From: an uncultured Caldilineaceae bacterium
Lineage (GTDB): Bacteria; Chloroflexota; Anaerolineae; Caldilineales; Caldilineaceae
Assembly (NCBI GenBank): GCA_964649875.1
Contig: CAZYSJ010000005.1
Coordinates: 6,757-70,756, forward strand
DNA: 64,000 nucleotides
Direction: 5' to 3'
Positions 41,028 to 50,973 of this stretch are shown here, piece by piece (positions within the stretch are counted from its first letter, which is position 1; every line of letters begins with the position of its first letter). Under the pieces are notes generated by a model. The model was not told where the DNA came from. It searched no databases and saw nothing but the letters and a program-made list of their open reading frames with translations. A program made the position numbers and the translations under genes.

Positions 41028-42674
41028 CTATCCGCGCGCATCGTTTGCGGGCGGTTCCTCCGGCGCGGTCGGCGCATCCAGCGCCGCGATCATGGCCGCC
41101 TGGTCGCTCCACGGCTGCTCAACCGTGCCGAAGCACATGGAACGTTCGTGGCCTTTGCCGAAAGCCGCCACCACATCGCCGGGACGCGCCAAGCGCACCG
41201 CCGTGCGGATAGCTTCGGCCCGATCCGGCACGATGCAATAGGCGTCCGCGCCCGCGTGCTTGCGTACGCCCGCCTCAATCGCCCGGTTGATCTCGTCCAG
41301 GTCTTCGGTGCGCGGGTCCTCAGCCGTGATCACGGTGAAGTCGGCCAGTCGCCCGCTCACCTGCCCCATCAGCTCGCGCTTGGCCCGGTCGCGCAAGCCT
41401 GCGCAGCCGAAGACCGCGATCACCTTGCCCGGCCTCCCGTCCGGGTTCGGCCGCGTCAACGGGCGCAGCGTCTGCAGCGCCCGCTCCAGGCTCACCGGCG
41501 AATGTGCGAAGTCCACGACGGCCAAGAACGGCTGCCCGCGATCGATGCGCTCCATGCGCCCGGAAACGCCGCGCATCTGCGCCACGCCCCGGCGCACGGC
41601 GTCCGGCTCAATCCCAAGTTGTAGGGCAATGCTCGCCGCGCACAGGATATTGGACACGTTGAACTCGCCGATTAAAGCGGTCTCGACATCGAATTCCCCG
41701 CCGGGCCAACGCAGGCGGAACGTCGTACGCTGCGGCTCATAGGCAACGTCCGACGCGGTTACGTCGGCCTTTCCCGGCTCTAGGCCATAGGTGAGCGTGT
41801 CCACGCCGCGGCTGCGGCGCGCCGACTCTTCACGCAGCGCCTCTTGCAACGCGCCGAAACTGCCCGCGTCGTCGGCGTTGAGCACGGCCAGCTTGCGCAC
41901 GCCCCGCTTCTGCGCCGACGCGAACAGGCTGCGGAACAGCAACGCCTTGGCCTGCACATAGGCTTCCCGGCTGCCGTGGTAATCCAGGTGCTCGTGGGTG
42001 ATGTTGGTCACGGCGGCGACGTCGTAGTCCACCGCCGCTGTTCGCCTTTGCGCCAGGCCGTGGCTGGTGCTCTCCACGATGGCATAGACGCAGCCCGCAT
42101 CGCGCATCTGCGCCAGATAGCCCTGCACCTCCGGCGCATCCGGCGTCGTCACATGCAGCCCCGTATCCTGCTCGGCTCCGGCGATGCGCGCCGCCACCGT
42201 CGTGATCACGCCCACGCGGCCGCGCGGCGCGGAAGCGGAGCGAGTCGCCTCGGCCAAGATCGACTCCAACAGCGTACATGTCGTCGTCTTGCCGTCCGTG
42301 CCGGTGACGCCGATCACCGTCAGGGCGCGGCTGGGAAAGCCGTGCAGAGCGGCGCTCGCCTCGGCCAGCGCGGTTCGGGCGTCCGCCGCGACCACGTAGG
42401 GAAAGCCGGGCGGCAGCGCGATGCCCTGGCCAGCCAGTTCGTCCGTTGGGACCGTCCCGATGGCTGCCACGGCGCCGGCCCGGATCGCAGCCGGCAAATA
42501 CGCATGCCCGTCATGCTGACCCCCGCGCACCGCCACGAAGAGCGATCCTTCGGCCACACGCCGGCTGTCCGCCGTCACATCGCCAATTTGCGCATCGGGC
42601 AGCCCGATGCCGCCGCTTTGCAAGCCGGACAGCGCAGCCACAATCTCTGCAAGCGTGATCATCTGGCAGTCCAC
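41028..42674 (-). CDS. murE: UDP-N-acetylmuramoyl-L-alanyl-D-glutamate--2,6-diaminopimelate ligase
   Basis: VTADSRRVAEGSLFVAVRGGQHDGHAY, the ATP loop VIGVTGTDGKTTT, and ITAEDPRTED (a DNPR-like motif). It is not in a dcw cluster here. Confidence 0.9.
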   Translation of the reverse strand: MDCQMITLAEIVAALSGLQSGGIGLPDAQIGDVTADSRRVAEGSLFVAVRGGQHDGHAYLPAAIRAGAVAAIGTVPTDELAGQGIALPPGFPYVVAADARTALAEASAALHGFPSRALTVIGVTGTDGKTTTCTLLESILAEATRSASAPRGRVGVITTVAARIAGAEQDTGLHVTTPDAPEVQGYLAQMRDAGCVYAIVESTSHGLAQRRTAAVDYDVAAVTNITHEHLDYHGSREAYVQAKALLFRSLFASAQKRGVRKLAVLNADDAGSFGALQEALREESARRSRGVDTLTYGLEPGKADVTASDVAYEPQRTTFRLRWPGGEFDVETALIGEFNVSNILCAASIALQLGIEPDAVRRGVAQMRGVSGRMERIDRGQPFLAVVDFAHSPVSLERALQTLRPLTRPNPDGRPGKVIAVFGCAGLRDRAKRELMGQVSGRLADFTVITAEDPRTEDLDEINRAIEAGVRKHAGADAYCIVPDRAEAIRTAVRLARPGDVVAAFGKGHERSMCFGTVEQPWSDQAAMIAALDAPTAPEEPPANDARG

Positions 42675-42690
42675 ATGGCCAAGAACTCGT

Positions 42691-44460
42691 TTATATATCG
42701 CGCGGGCCGCGGATCACCGCGAGTCCTGCAGCAACCACGACCACAGCCAACAGAATGCCGGCGCCGACGAACACGGGGGGAAGCGTCGTCTGCACCAACT
42801 CCTCGACGTTGATCGGCGTGCGCGTCGGCGCCGGCGTGGGCGTCTCTGTGGACGGTTCGGTCGCGACGGGCGACGGTGTATCGGCAGGGATCGGAGTATC
42901 TGTCGCCGGCGGCGGGACCGCCGGTTCAGTCTGCGGCGCGACTTCCGCCGCCAGCGTGGCGGTAGGCGACGGCTGTACCGGCGTGGGCAGTACGACGGCG
43001 ACCGCATCCGGGGCGGCGGGTTCGGCGTCCGCCGATCCGGTCGGGATAGCGAGGGGAAGCGCCGTACTGAGCGGTTCGGTCGCCGTGATGATCTCCGCCA
43101 CAGGCAACTGCAACTCGATGCTGATCGGGTCCGTATCCGTCACCACAGCCGAAGCGGGGGGCGAATCCGCCGGCGGGGGCGTATCCGTAACCGGCGGCGT
43201 ATCGGTCGGCAGCGGCGTTTCGGTCGGCGTCGCCGTGGGCGTGGGCGTATCGGTGGGCAGCGGCGTATCCGTCGCCGTCGGCGTGGCGGTAGGCGTGGCC
43301 GTATCGGTAGCCGTCGGCGTCGGCGTCGGCGTATCGGTGGGCGTCGGCGTCGGCGTGAAGGTCGGCGTCGGCGTAGCGAGCGCCGCCTCACGATCCAGCG
43401 GCGGCATGTTCAGCGCTGCGAAGAAAGTCACGCCTTCGTCGTCGCTGCGCAGCACCCAGTCGTTAGCCGTGCCCGCATAGAGCGTGCGCGGCGCCTGCGG
43501 AATGTTGGCGATCGCATAGGTGACGCCGCCATAGGGCGCGCCGTTGACGAGCGGCTGTTGCCATTCGCCCTCGGCGCCGGTCCACAGCCCGGTCTCGGTC
43601 GCGGCCACGATGTTCCGCCCCGTGTCGGCCAGATCATAGACGATGGTGAGCGGGAAATTGGGCATTGCCGTAAAGGTTGCGCCGTCCTGGCTGCGGTAAA
43701 GTCCCTGGCCCGTTCCCGCGTACAGCCCATCGGGCCGCGACATCAGGCTGAACACAATTAGCGTGTTGGGCAGGCCGGGGACAAACTCCCAGGTCGAGCT
43801 TTCGGGCGTCATGCGGTAGAGACCGGCATGCGTACCCGCGTAGAGAATGCCGTCATGCAGCACGACCTCGCGCACGCGGCGCGCCTCGCCCTCCAGCCCG
43901 CTGTCCAGCTTCTGCCAGATGTCGCCGGCATTGGGGCTGCGAAACACGCCGTCATAGCGCGTGGCTGCGAAGAAAACGGTCACGCCGTCCTGCACGACCG
44001 AATACAGTTCGCCCACGGCCGCATTCTCCGACAAGAGCGCCTTGAACCCCGGCAGTTCCTCCCAGTTCTGGCCGCCGTCGCGGCTGCGGTACATATAGCC
44101 GAAGCCGCCGTCGCCGGCAAGGATCAAGTTCGGGTTTTGCGGGTCTGCGGCTAGCCCGGCCATGCTGATATTGGGCCGCATGCCCTGGTTGGCCCCTGTC
44201 CACCCCACAGCGCCGTTGGTTGAACGATATAGGTTAACCGGGTCGGGGGCGTTGAGCGTACCCGCCAGCACCTGTTCCGGCTGTCCGGGCAGCACGAGCA
44301 CGCTGATCGCCACGTTGCGCGTGGGCACGGCGGTCTCCTGCGCCAAGACCAATGCCGGCAGCAGCCAACTCGCCGCCAACACGCCGGCCAGCAACGGCAA
44401 TATGTAGCGCTTGGCTCGAAACACACGCAGTAATCGGCGCATTCGCCTGATCTGGATCAT
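42691..44460 (-). CDS. BNR/Asp-box repeat beta-propeller protein with Pro/Thr-rich linker and C-terminal TM anchor
   Basis: It has a signal peptide. The Asp-box-like motifs are YRSTNGAVGW, YRSRDGGQNW, FRSPNAGDIW, YRSQDGATF and LRSDDEGVTF. About 170 aa of TPTPT/TDTP low complexity follow, then the TM VFVGAGILLAVVVVAAGLAVI. Confidence 0.7.
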   Translation of the reverse strand: MIQIRRMRRLLRVFRAKRYILPLLAGVLAASWLLPALVLAQETAVPTRNVAISVLVLPGQPEQVLAGTLNAPDPVNLYRSTNGAVGWTGANQGMRPNISMAGLAADPQNPNLILAGDGGFGYMYRSRDGGQNWEELPGFKALLSENAAVGELYSVVQDGVTVFFAATRYDGVFRSPNAGDIWQKLDSGLEGEARRVREVVLHDGILYAGTHAGLYRMTPESSTWEFVPGLPNTLIVFSLMSRPDGLYAGTGQGLYRSQDGATFTAMPNFPLTIVYDLADTGRNIVAATETGLWTGAEGEWQQPLVNGAPYGGVTYAIANIPQAPRTLYAGTANDWVLRSDDEGVTFFAALNMPPLDREAALATPTPTFTPTPTPTDTPTPTPTATDTATPTATPTATDTPLPTDTPTPTATPTETPLPTDTPPVTDTPPPADSPPASAVVTDTDPISIELQLPVAEIITATEPLSTALPLAIPTGSADAEPAAPDAVAVVLPTPVQPSPTATLAAEVAPQTEPAVPPPATDTPIPADTPSPVATEPSTETPTPAPTRTPINVEELVQTTLPPVFVGAGILLAVVVVAAGLAVIRGPRDI

Positions 44461-44586
44461 CCTGTCTGCTCAGGCCGCCCCCGCGACCCTATAGCTCTAT
44501 ATGCAGATTATGTGTAAATTATACGGTGCATGGGCGAGAACGTCGAATCATGCGAAGACTGCTTGCGGCAGCGGCGCCGCGGCTGT

Positions 44587-44628
44587 ATAACAAACGCCAA
44601 GGGCGGACGCGAGTTCCCTCCCTTGGCG
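44587..44628 (-). terminator. Candidate intrinsic terminator after nuoN1
   Basis: On the minus strand: CGCCAAGGG(44628-44620)...CCCTTGGCG(44603-44595) followed by TTTGTT. A TATAAT box (44523-44518) for the next gene lies downstream. Confidence 0.5.
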
Positions 44629-44664
44629 CGATCGCCGTCTTCGGTTGGCAGGCCGTCCGGCAGT

Positions 44665-46164
44665 CTACAACATCAGGGCCAGCAGTTGTTGCGATGCGGA
44701 GTTGGCCCATTCCAGCAGCCGCGCCGGGTACAGGCCGATCCAGATCGTCGCCAGCACGCAGAAGAGCACGACTCCCTGTATGGCGACGGGCGCGGCCATC
44801 CGGCCAGACGTCGCTTCTCCGTCCGCCGCGAAGAACATCGTGCGCACCACGTTCAGATAGTAATAGGCGGCAATCGCCGCGTTCACCAGCCCCACGCCGG
44901 CCAGCCAAAAATACTGGTGTTGCACCGCAGCCCCGAAGACATAGAACTTGCCCACAAAGCCGCCGGTGAGCGGAATGCCCGCCAGGCTGAGCAAGAAGAT
45001 AAACATCGCCCAGGCCATGCCCGGCGCGCGCTGCACCAGGTTGTTGTAGGCGTCCAGTTCCGTGCTGCCTGCCTCGTCCTCCACAGCCAGCACCACCAGA
45101 AAGGCGCCGATATTGGTGAACAGATAGGCGAACAGATAGAGCAGCAGCCCATTCAGCCCGTTCATGCCCAATATCGTCAGATCGGCCTGTTGGCTGGACA
45201 CTACCGCCGTCAGCCCCATCAAGATGTAGCCCGCCTGCGCCACAGAGCTATAGGCCAGCATCCGTTTGACGCTGGTCTGGCGCAAGGCAATGACATTGCC
45301 CACGGTCATCGTCAGCACGCTTAGGCCGGCGAGGATCGGCGCCCAGTCCACGCGGTATGCGCCCAGCGCCACCACGAAAACGCGCGCCATCACCGCAAAG
45401 CCCACCGCCTTCGACGCCGTGGACAGATAGGCGGTGATCGGCGTGGGCGCGCCGTCATACACGTCCGGCGCCCACTGGTAGAACGGCGCCAAGCTCGCCT
45501 TGAAGCCCAGCCCGACCAGCGTCAGCAGCGTCGCCGCCGGGATGATTGCAGCCATCTCTGCGTTCGCCGCCAATCCCTGGGCGATCTCCACTAAATCCAG
45601 CGACCCGGTCGCGCCGTAGAGCAGACTCATGCCGTACAGCATGACCGCCGCCGCCACCGAGCCGTACAGGAAGTACTTTAAGCCTGCTTCGGAGCTGCGC
45701 TTGTTGGTGCGCAAGAAACCCGCCAGGATGTAGCTCGTGATCGACAGAAACTCGATAGAAAGATAGAGCAGCAGCAGATTCGTGGCGCTAACCGCAAAGC
45801 TCATCGCCGCCGTCACGAAGAGAAACAGCGCCCAGAACTCGCCGCGGCCGGTGGCGTGCCGGTTCATATAGCTGCCGCCGCCGATAGCGACCAGGATCAT
45901 GCCCGTGTAGATGACCAGCTTGAGATAGGTGGCGAACGGGTCAATCGCGGTCGTGCTCAGCACGACGTAAGGCTCCATGCCTATCTGCAAAAGCACGCCC
46001 GTCAACCCCACGATCAGGAACAGCGCCGAGACCGCGAGATAGCCGCGCCCGGAGTCTTGCCGGTCCGCCTGGGCAATGTCCAGGATCAGGATCAGCAGAC
46101 CGCCGAGCACGATGATGAGTTCCGGCAGAATACCGCCAAGTGAGCCGAAGCCGATGTCGCCCAA
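44665..46164 (-). CDS. nuoN: NADH-quinone oxidoreductase subunit N (operon 1)
   Basis: ILPELIIVLGGLLILILD N-terminus and an antiporter-like core of about 14 TM (LLYLSIEFLSITSY, KASLAPFYQWAPDVYDGAP). Confidence 0.9.
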   Translation of the reverse strand: MGDIGFGSLGGILPELIIVLGGLLILILDIAQADRQDSGRGYLAVSALFLIVGLTGVLLQIGMEPYVVLSTTAIDPFATYLKLVIYTGMILVAIGGGSYMNRHATGRGEFWALFLFVTAAMSFAVSATNLLLLYLSIEFLSITSYILAGFLRTNKRSSEAGLKYFLYGSVAAAVMLYGMSLLYGATGSLDLVEIAQGLAANAEMAAIIPAATLLTLVGLGFKASLAPFYQWAPDVYDGAPTPITAYLSTASKAVGFAVMARVFVVALGAYRVDWAPILAGLSVLTMTVGNVIALRQTSVKRMLAYSSVAQAGYILMGLTAVVSSQQADLTILGMNGLNGLLLYLFAYLFTNIGAFLVVLAVEDEAGSTELDAYNNLVQRAPGMAWAMFIFLLSLAGIPLTGGFVGKFYVFGAAVQHQYFWLAGVGLVNAAIAAYYYLNVVRTMFFAADGEATSGRMAAPVAIQGVVLFCVLATIWIGLYPARLLEWANSASQQLLALML

Positions 46165-46179
46165 AAGTAGCCCCCTCGC

Positions 46180-47796
46180 TTACATGATATTCTGAATGAA
46201 CTCGATCAGGCGTTGCGCCGATCCGTTGAAGTAGTTCAAGATCACAGTCGGATAGATGCCGATGATGAACATGCCCGCAATCAACGGCCACAGCGTCACC
46301 TTCTCGAAGCCGGCCATGTCGGTCGGACCGTCGGCGTCCTGCCCGTCTACCGTTGTCCAGTGCGACACTTTGCCCGGTTCATATTCGCCCAGGAAGACGT
46401 TCTGGATAATGCGCCACAGGATGTAGACGGCCGTCATGACGATGCCGATCGTGCCGAACGCCGCCCACAAAGGAACCAGCGCAAACGCCCCGCGGAAGGT
46501 GAAGAGCTCCGCCCAGAAGCCGGCCAGCCCCGGCAGCCCCAGGCTGGCAAAGGCGGCCACCATCATCATGCCGTAGAAGTAGGGCGTCACCGTCGCCAGG
46601 CCGCCGAACTTGGCCAACTCACGCGTGTGCGCCCGCTCGTAGATCACGCCGACCAACAAGAACAACGCGCCGGTGATGATGCCGTGGTTGAACATCTGCA
46701 GCGCAGCGCCGTTCAGCGCCATGGCCGCGCTGTCGTTGACCGCTTCCAGCGTGACGCCGAAGACGTCGGCGGCGCGCTGCGCCGCGTCCGCAGTCAACAC
46801 CGACGCCGCCGCGCCGATGCCCAGCATCACATAGCCCATGTGGCTCACCGAGCTATACGCGATCAGCCGCTTGAGGTCGGTCTGCGCCACACAGACGAAC
46901 GCGCCGTAGACAATGGCGATTGCGCCCAGCGCCACCAGCCACATGCTCCAATACTGGCTCGCCGCCGGATAGGTGGGCAGAACGATGCGCAGAAAACCGT
47001 ATGCACCCAGCTTGAGCAGCACGCCCGCCAGGATCACGCTGCCGGCCGTCGGCGCCTCGGTGTGCGCGTCGGGCAGCCACGTGTGGAACGGGAAGCTCGG
47101 CACCTTGAAGGCGAAACCCAGGAAGAAGCCCCAGAAAGCCAGGCTCGAAAGCAACAGCCCGCGATCCGCCGGCAGGTCTCGGAAGGGCTGCGCCGCAGCC
47201 GCGCCGACGATGTCGAACGTGCCTGTGGCAAAGTAGGTCAACAAGATCGCCAGCAACATCGCCACAGACCCGACCAATGTATAGATGAAGAACTTGATCG
47301 AAGCGTAGCTGCGATTCTTGCCGCCCCAAATGCCGATCAGCAAGTACATCGGCACCAGGCTGATTTCCCAGAACACGTAGAACAGCACGTAGTCCAACGC
47401 CACGAACACGCCGATCATGCTCAGTTCGAGCAGATGGAACATGGCGAAGTACTCTTTGACGCGCAGGTTAATCACGCCCGCGCTGTAGTAGATGCTCAGC
47501 GTGGACAGCAGGGTCGTCAGGAAGACCAACGGCAGACTCAGGCCGTCGACGCCCAGATGGAAGCTGGCGTTCAGCGACTCGATCCACGGGACCTGCACCT
47601 CGAACGCCATGTTTGCGGCGGCGTAATCATAGGCGACCAGCATATAGATGCTGAGGCCCAGCGGAAGCAAACTGGCCGCGATAGAACCCTGTTTGATCAG
47701 GCGCGTGTTCTCGCTCGGCGCCAAAATGACCAGCGCCGTCGAAATCAAAGGCCAGATCAAAAGAATCGGCAGCGCCCATTGATTCAGCAATTCCAT
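46180..47796 (-). CDS. nuoM: NADH-quinone oxidoreductase subunit M (operon 1)
   Basis: FYVFWEISLVPMYLLIGIWGG, FAFKVPSFPFHTWLPDAHTEAPTAGSV and SSVSHMGYV. Confidence 0.9.
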   Translation of the reverse strand: MELLNQWALPILLIWPLISTALVILAPSENTRLIKQGSIAASLLPLGLSIYMLVAYDYAAANMAFEVQVPWIESLNASFHLGVDGLSLPLVFLTTLLSTLSIYYSAGVINLRVKEYFAMFHLLELSMIGVFVALDYVLFYVFWEISLVPMYLLIGIWGGKNRSYASIKFFIYTLVGSVAMLLAILLTYFATGTFDIVGAAAAQPFRDLPADRGLLLSSLAFWGFFLGFAFKVPSFPFHTWLPDAHTEAPTAGSVILAGVLLKLGAYGFLRIVLPTYPAASQYWSMWLVALGAIAIVYGAFVCVAQTDLKRLIAYSSVSHMGYVMLGIGAAASVLTADAAQRAADVFGVTLEAVNDSAAMALNGAALQMFNHGIITGALFLLVGVIYERAHTRELAKFGGLATVTPYFYGMMMVAAFASLGLPGLAGFWAELFTFRGAFALVPLWAAFGTIGIVMTAVYILWRIIQNVFLGEYEPGKVSHWTTVDGQDADGPTDMAGFEKVTLWPLIAGMFIIGIYPTVILNYFNGSAQRLIEFIQNIM

Positions 47797-47942
47797 GGAT
47801 GTTTCCTCCGCAGACCCCTATTTTGGAATTCAGTTTCCATCTATGCGCTTATGCGCTTGCGTGCGCTCCTGCACAAATGCGGCGCAACGCATCCGCCTCA
47901 CAGACCGCCCCATCGCCGCCGCAACCGGCCAGCCACGTCCGC

Positions 47943-50177
47943 CTAGACCAGCGTCAAGAGCACCGGCAGCACGGTCAACAACAGCCATATCGCCATCGAC
48001 ACCACCGCCACCAGCAGATACGCCTGCACATGGCCGTCTTGGATATGGCGCATCGCCTGGCCGGTGCGAGCCGTCGCCCAACCGACGGCGTTGACCGTGC
48101 CGTCTACCACGATGCGGTCAACCGCGGCCAGCAGCGTCGACAGCCACACGCCCACGCGGCCAATCGCGTTCACAATCGGGTCAATCACCCATAGGTCATC
48201 CACCCAGTAGAGGAACTTCGACAGCCCCACGCCAAAGGCAATGATCGTCGCCTGATAGAACTCGTCTACATAGTACTTGCGATGCAACACCGTCCAGATC
48301 GGCCCCAAAACCCGTCGCAGCGGGTCGATCTGCCCGGCGGCATAGCCGCGACCGTAAACCCAATAGCCCACAGCCAGGCCGCCCAGCGCCACGACCAACG
48401 ATGCAACCAGCGGCACGTAGCTGAAATCGGGATGCGCTACGTGCAGTTCCATATACTCGATATACGGTTCCAGCAGCCCTTCCAAGAAGTTGGGAACCAG
48501 ACCGCCGATCAGCGGGAACTTGGCCGGGATGCCGAACCAGCCCAGCGCGATCGCAAAAGGCGCAATCAGGATCAGCGGCCATACCATAGCGCGATTGCTT
48601 TCCGGCGCGTGCGCCGCCCCCTCCGTGCGCGGCGCGCCGAGGAAGGTCAGCCCGATCTGGCGCGCGGTGTAGAACGCGGTGATGAAAGCAGATATCGCCA
48701 GCACCCAGAACACCAAGTTATGCCCGGAGCCCCAGGCATAGGCGAAGATCTCGTCCTTCGACCAGAAGCCGGCGGTGATCAGCGGGAAACCGCTCAAGGC
48801 CAAGCCGCCGATGATGAAGGTCCAGCTTGTGCCGGGCATGCGGTTCAGCAAGCCCCCCATGTTGCGCATGTCCTGCGGGTCGTGCGGGTCGAGCCGTCCG
48901 TCCGGCCGCGTGACGACCTCGGCATGCTCCTCGTGCTCCTCGTCATGGCCTTCCTCGTGACCATGCTCGTGCGCATGGTGGAAGCCGTGTTCGACGCCGT
49001 GGATGACGCTGCCCGAACCGAGGAAGAGCAGCGCCTTGAAGAAGGCGTGCGTAATCAGATGAAACAGCGCCGCCGGGTATGCGCCGATGCCGATGGCAGC
49101 CACCATATAGCCAAGCTGGCTGATAGTCGAATAGGCCAGCACACGCTTGATGTCCCACTGCGCCACGGCAATCGTCGAGGCGAAAAGCGCCGTAAACGCG
49201 CCGATAAACGCCACGAACTGCAACAGGCCAGGCGAAGCCTCGCCGCCGACCGCGTACAGCGGGAACATGCGCACCAGCAGGAAGACGCCCGCCGAAACCA
49301 TCGTCGCCGCGTGGATCAACGCGCTGACCGGCGTCGGGCCTTCCATGGCGTCGGGCAGCCACACGTGCAGCGGGAACTGCGAGCTTTTACCCACCGTCCC
49401 GAAGAAGATCAGGAACCCGATCAGCGCGATCCACGGCACGGTCACGTTGAAGACGGGCACAGTCACCATCTTCTCGGCCAACTGGTGCAGATTCTCCGGT
49501 GAGAGAATCTCGCGAAAGGCGAGGCTGCTTGGCTCGCTCTGCGCGTAAAGCAGGAGCATGCCCATGAGCATGATGGCGTCGCCGATACGCGTGGTGATAA
49601 ACGCCTTGACCGCGGCGGCCCGCGCCGTCGGCTTCTCATACCAAAAGCCGATCAGCAGGTAGCTGCACAGCCCCATGATCTCCCAAAAGACGAAGAAGGT
49701 CAGCAGCGAATTCGAGACGACCAGCCCCAACATGCCCGTGGCAAAGAGGCTGATATACGCCATAAAGCGGCTATAGCGCGGGTCCTTGCCCTGCGCCGCA
49801 GAGACGGGATAGATCGCCGCCTGCAAGTGCGGCGGGAAGCTCATGTAGCCGCTGGCATAGATGAAGATCATCAGCAGCAGGAACGACGCCATGAACAACA
49901 TCAGCGCGTTCGCCGGGTCCACCTGATACCCGATCACGATCTCGGACGCGCCGGTCGGGATGGTGAACAGCTCTCCGTAATGAGGGTGCAGGCCGAAATG
50001 ATCACCCAGGAAGGCCGCGAAGGCGATGGGCCAGCCCAACAGCAGGCTGAGCAGCGCCCCGCCGATGGCCGTCAGCGCGCTGACCGTCTTGTTGCGGTTC
50101 AAGAACAAGATGATCGCCGCAAACGCCAGGAAGGGCGGGATTGGCACGAGCCACGCTAAGTTCAGAAATCCTTCCAT
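47943..50177 (-). CDS. nuoL: NADH-quinone oxidoreductase subunit L (operon 1), unusually long at 744 aa
   Basis: [52 protein letters not shown] and DMRNMGGL, plus a C-terminal lateral-helix region and a final TM. Confidence 0.9.
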   Translation of the reverse strand: MEGFLNLAWLVPIPPFLAFAAIILFLNRNKTVSALTAIGGALLSLLLGWPIAFAAFLGDHFGLHPHYGELFTIPTGASEIVIGYQVDPANALMLFMASFLLLMIFIYASGYMSFPPHLQAAIYPVSAAQGKDPRYSRFMAYISLFATGMLGLVVSNSLLTFFVFWEIMGLCSYLLIGFWYEKPTARAAAVKAFITTRIGDAIMLMGMLLLYAQSEPSSLAFREILSPENLHQLAEKMVTVPVFNVTVPWIALIGFLIFFGTVGKSSQFPLHVWLPDAMEGPTPVSALIHAATMVSAGVFLLVRMFPLYAVGGEASPGLLQFVAFIGAFTALFASTIAVAQWDIKRVLAYSTISQLGYMVAAIGIGAYPAALFHLITHAFFKALLFLGSGSVIHGVEHGFHHAHEHGHEEGHDEEHEEHAEVVTRPDGRLDPHDPQDMRNMGGLLNRMPGTSWTFIIGGLALSGFPLITAGFWSKDEIFAYAWGSGHNLVFWVLAISAFITAFYTARQIGLTFLGAPRTEGAAHAPESNRAMVWPLILIAPFAIALGWFGIPAKFPLIGGLVPNFLEGLLEPYIEYMELHVAHPDFSYVPLVASLVVALGGLAVGYWVYGRGYAAGQIDPLRRVLGPIWTVLHRKYYVDEFYQATIIAFGVGLSKFLYWVDDLWVIDPIVNAIGRVGVWLSTLLAAVDRIVVDGTVNAVGWATARTGQAMRHIQDGHVQAYLLVAVVSMAIWLLLTVLPVLLTLV

Positions 50178-50238
50178 TCGAATGTCCTCACGCTACTTCC
50201 CACTCGGATGATGGCCTATCGACGTCGTTCGCCGGCCC

Positions 50239-50601
50239 TTAGACGCGCGACTTGCGACGCCGCCGGTTGATCCCGATCCCCGCAAGATACCCCAGCCCGG
50301 CGCCCGCCAAGGCGAGGGCGAGAAACGCCGCATCGTTGCCGGCCTGGAACAATGTCCCCACGCCGATCATGACGATGCCGCCAAGAAACGACAAGACGAT
50401 CAACCAACGGCTCTCGGCTTTGCGCGCCCGCGACTCTTCCAGCAGCCGAGCCGCATCTCGATAGTCCGGCGCATACCGGACGATCTCCTGCAAAGCATGA
50501 ATGGCGCCCGTATAATTGCCCTGTTCCCTCTTGTCGAGCGCCAGGTTGTACAAGAACTCGCACTGCTCATCCAGCGTACCGCTGAGCATCTGCTTGGGCA
50601 T
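50239..50601 (-). CDS. Hypothetical TPR-like plus 2-TM protein encoded inside nuo operon 1
   Basis: 120 aa. It has one TPR-like unit (EFLYNLALDKREQGNYTGAIHALQEIVRYAPDY), two hydrophobic helices and a basic tail (RRRRKSRV). It lies 12 nt after nuoK1 and 61 nt before nuoL1. Confidence 0.55.
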   Translation of the reverse strand: MPKQMLSGTLDEQCEFLYNLALDKREQGNYTGAIHALQEIVRYAPDYRDAARLLEESRARKAESRWLIVLSFLGGIVMIGVGTLFQAGNDAAFLALALAGAGLGYLAGIGINRRRRKSRV

Positions 50602-50613
50602 GGCCGTCGCCGC

Positions 50614-50925
50614 TTATCCCTGCAGCAAGTCCAACTCATCCAGGTTGACGGTTCTGCGACCGCGATAGACCGAGATGACCAGAGCAAGGCCGACCGCGAC
50701 TTCCGCCGCGGCGATGGCGATCACGAACAGCGCAAAAACCTGGCCGTCCAACCGTTCCACAAACTCGCCATAGCGCCAAAACGCCACCAGGTTGATATTG
50801 ACGGCGTTCAGCATCAGTTCAATCCCCATCAGCGCCGCAATGGCATTGCGCCGCGCCAGAGAGGCGTACAGCCCGCTGGAAAAGATAAACGCCGCCAAAA
50901 CCAAATACCAGTTGAGAGGAACCAT
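50614..50925 (-). CDS. nuoK: NADH-quinone oxidoreductase subunit K (operon 1)
   Basis: LARRNAIAALMGIELMLNAVNINLVAF and AAAEVAVGLALVISVYR; 103 aa. Confidence 0.9.
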   Translation of the reverse strand: MVPLNWYLVLAAFIFSSGLYASLARRNAIAALMGIELMLNAVNINLVAFWRYGEFVERLDGQVFALFVIAIAAAEVAVGLALVISVYRGRRTVNLDELDLLQG

Positions 50926-50973
50926 GCAATCCGTCCTTCACTCCGTGTCGTCAAGCGCTTGTCACAAGAACGC

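Noticed and set aside
43140-43400. Short-period repetitive DNA (GGCGTCGGCGT...) that might be mistaken for a CRISPR-like or satellite array.
   Set aside because: The repeats are 6-12 nt, irregular and lack unique spacers. They encode the TPTPT/TDTP linker, so this is coding low complexity and not an array.
42607-43761. 384-aa plus-strand ORF with striking RRRGR/GRIG repeats.
   Set aside because: It is simply the reverse-complement reading of the Pro/Thr-rich linker DNA of the BNR protein. The minus-strand frame has a signal peptide, Asp-boxes and a TM anchor.
46213-47946. 577-aa plus-strand ORF opposite nuoM1.
   Set aside because: It is Arg/Gln/His/Asp-rich, has no TM segments or motifs, and is fully overlapped by nuoM1.
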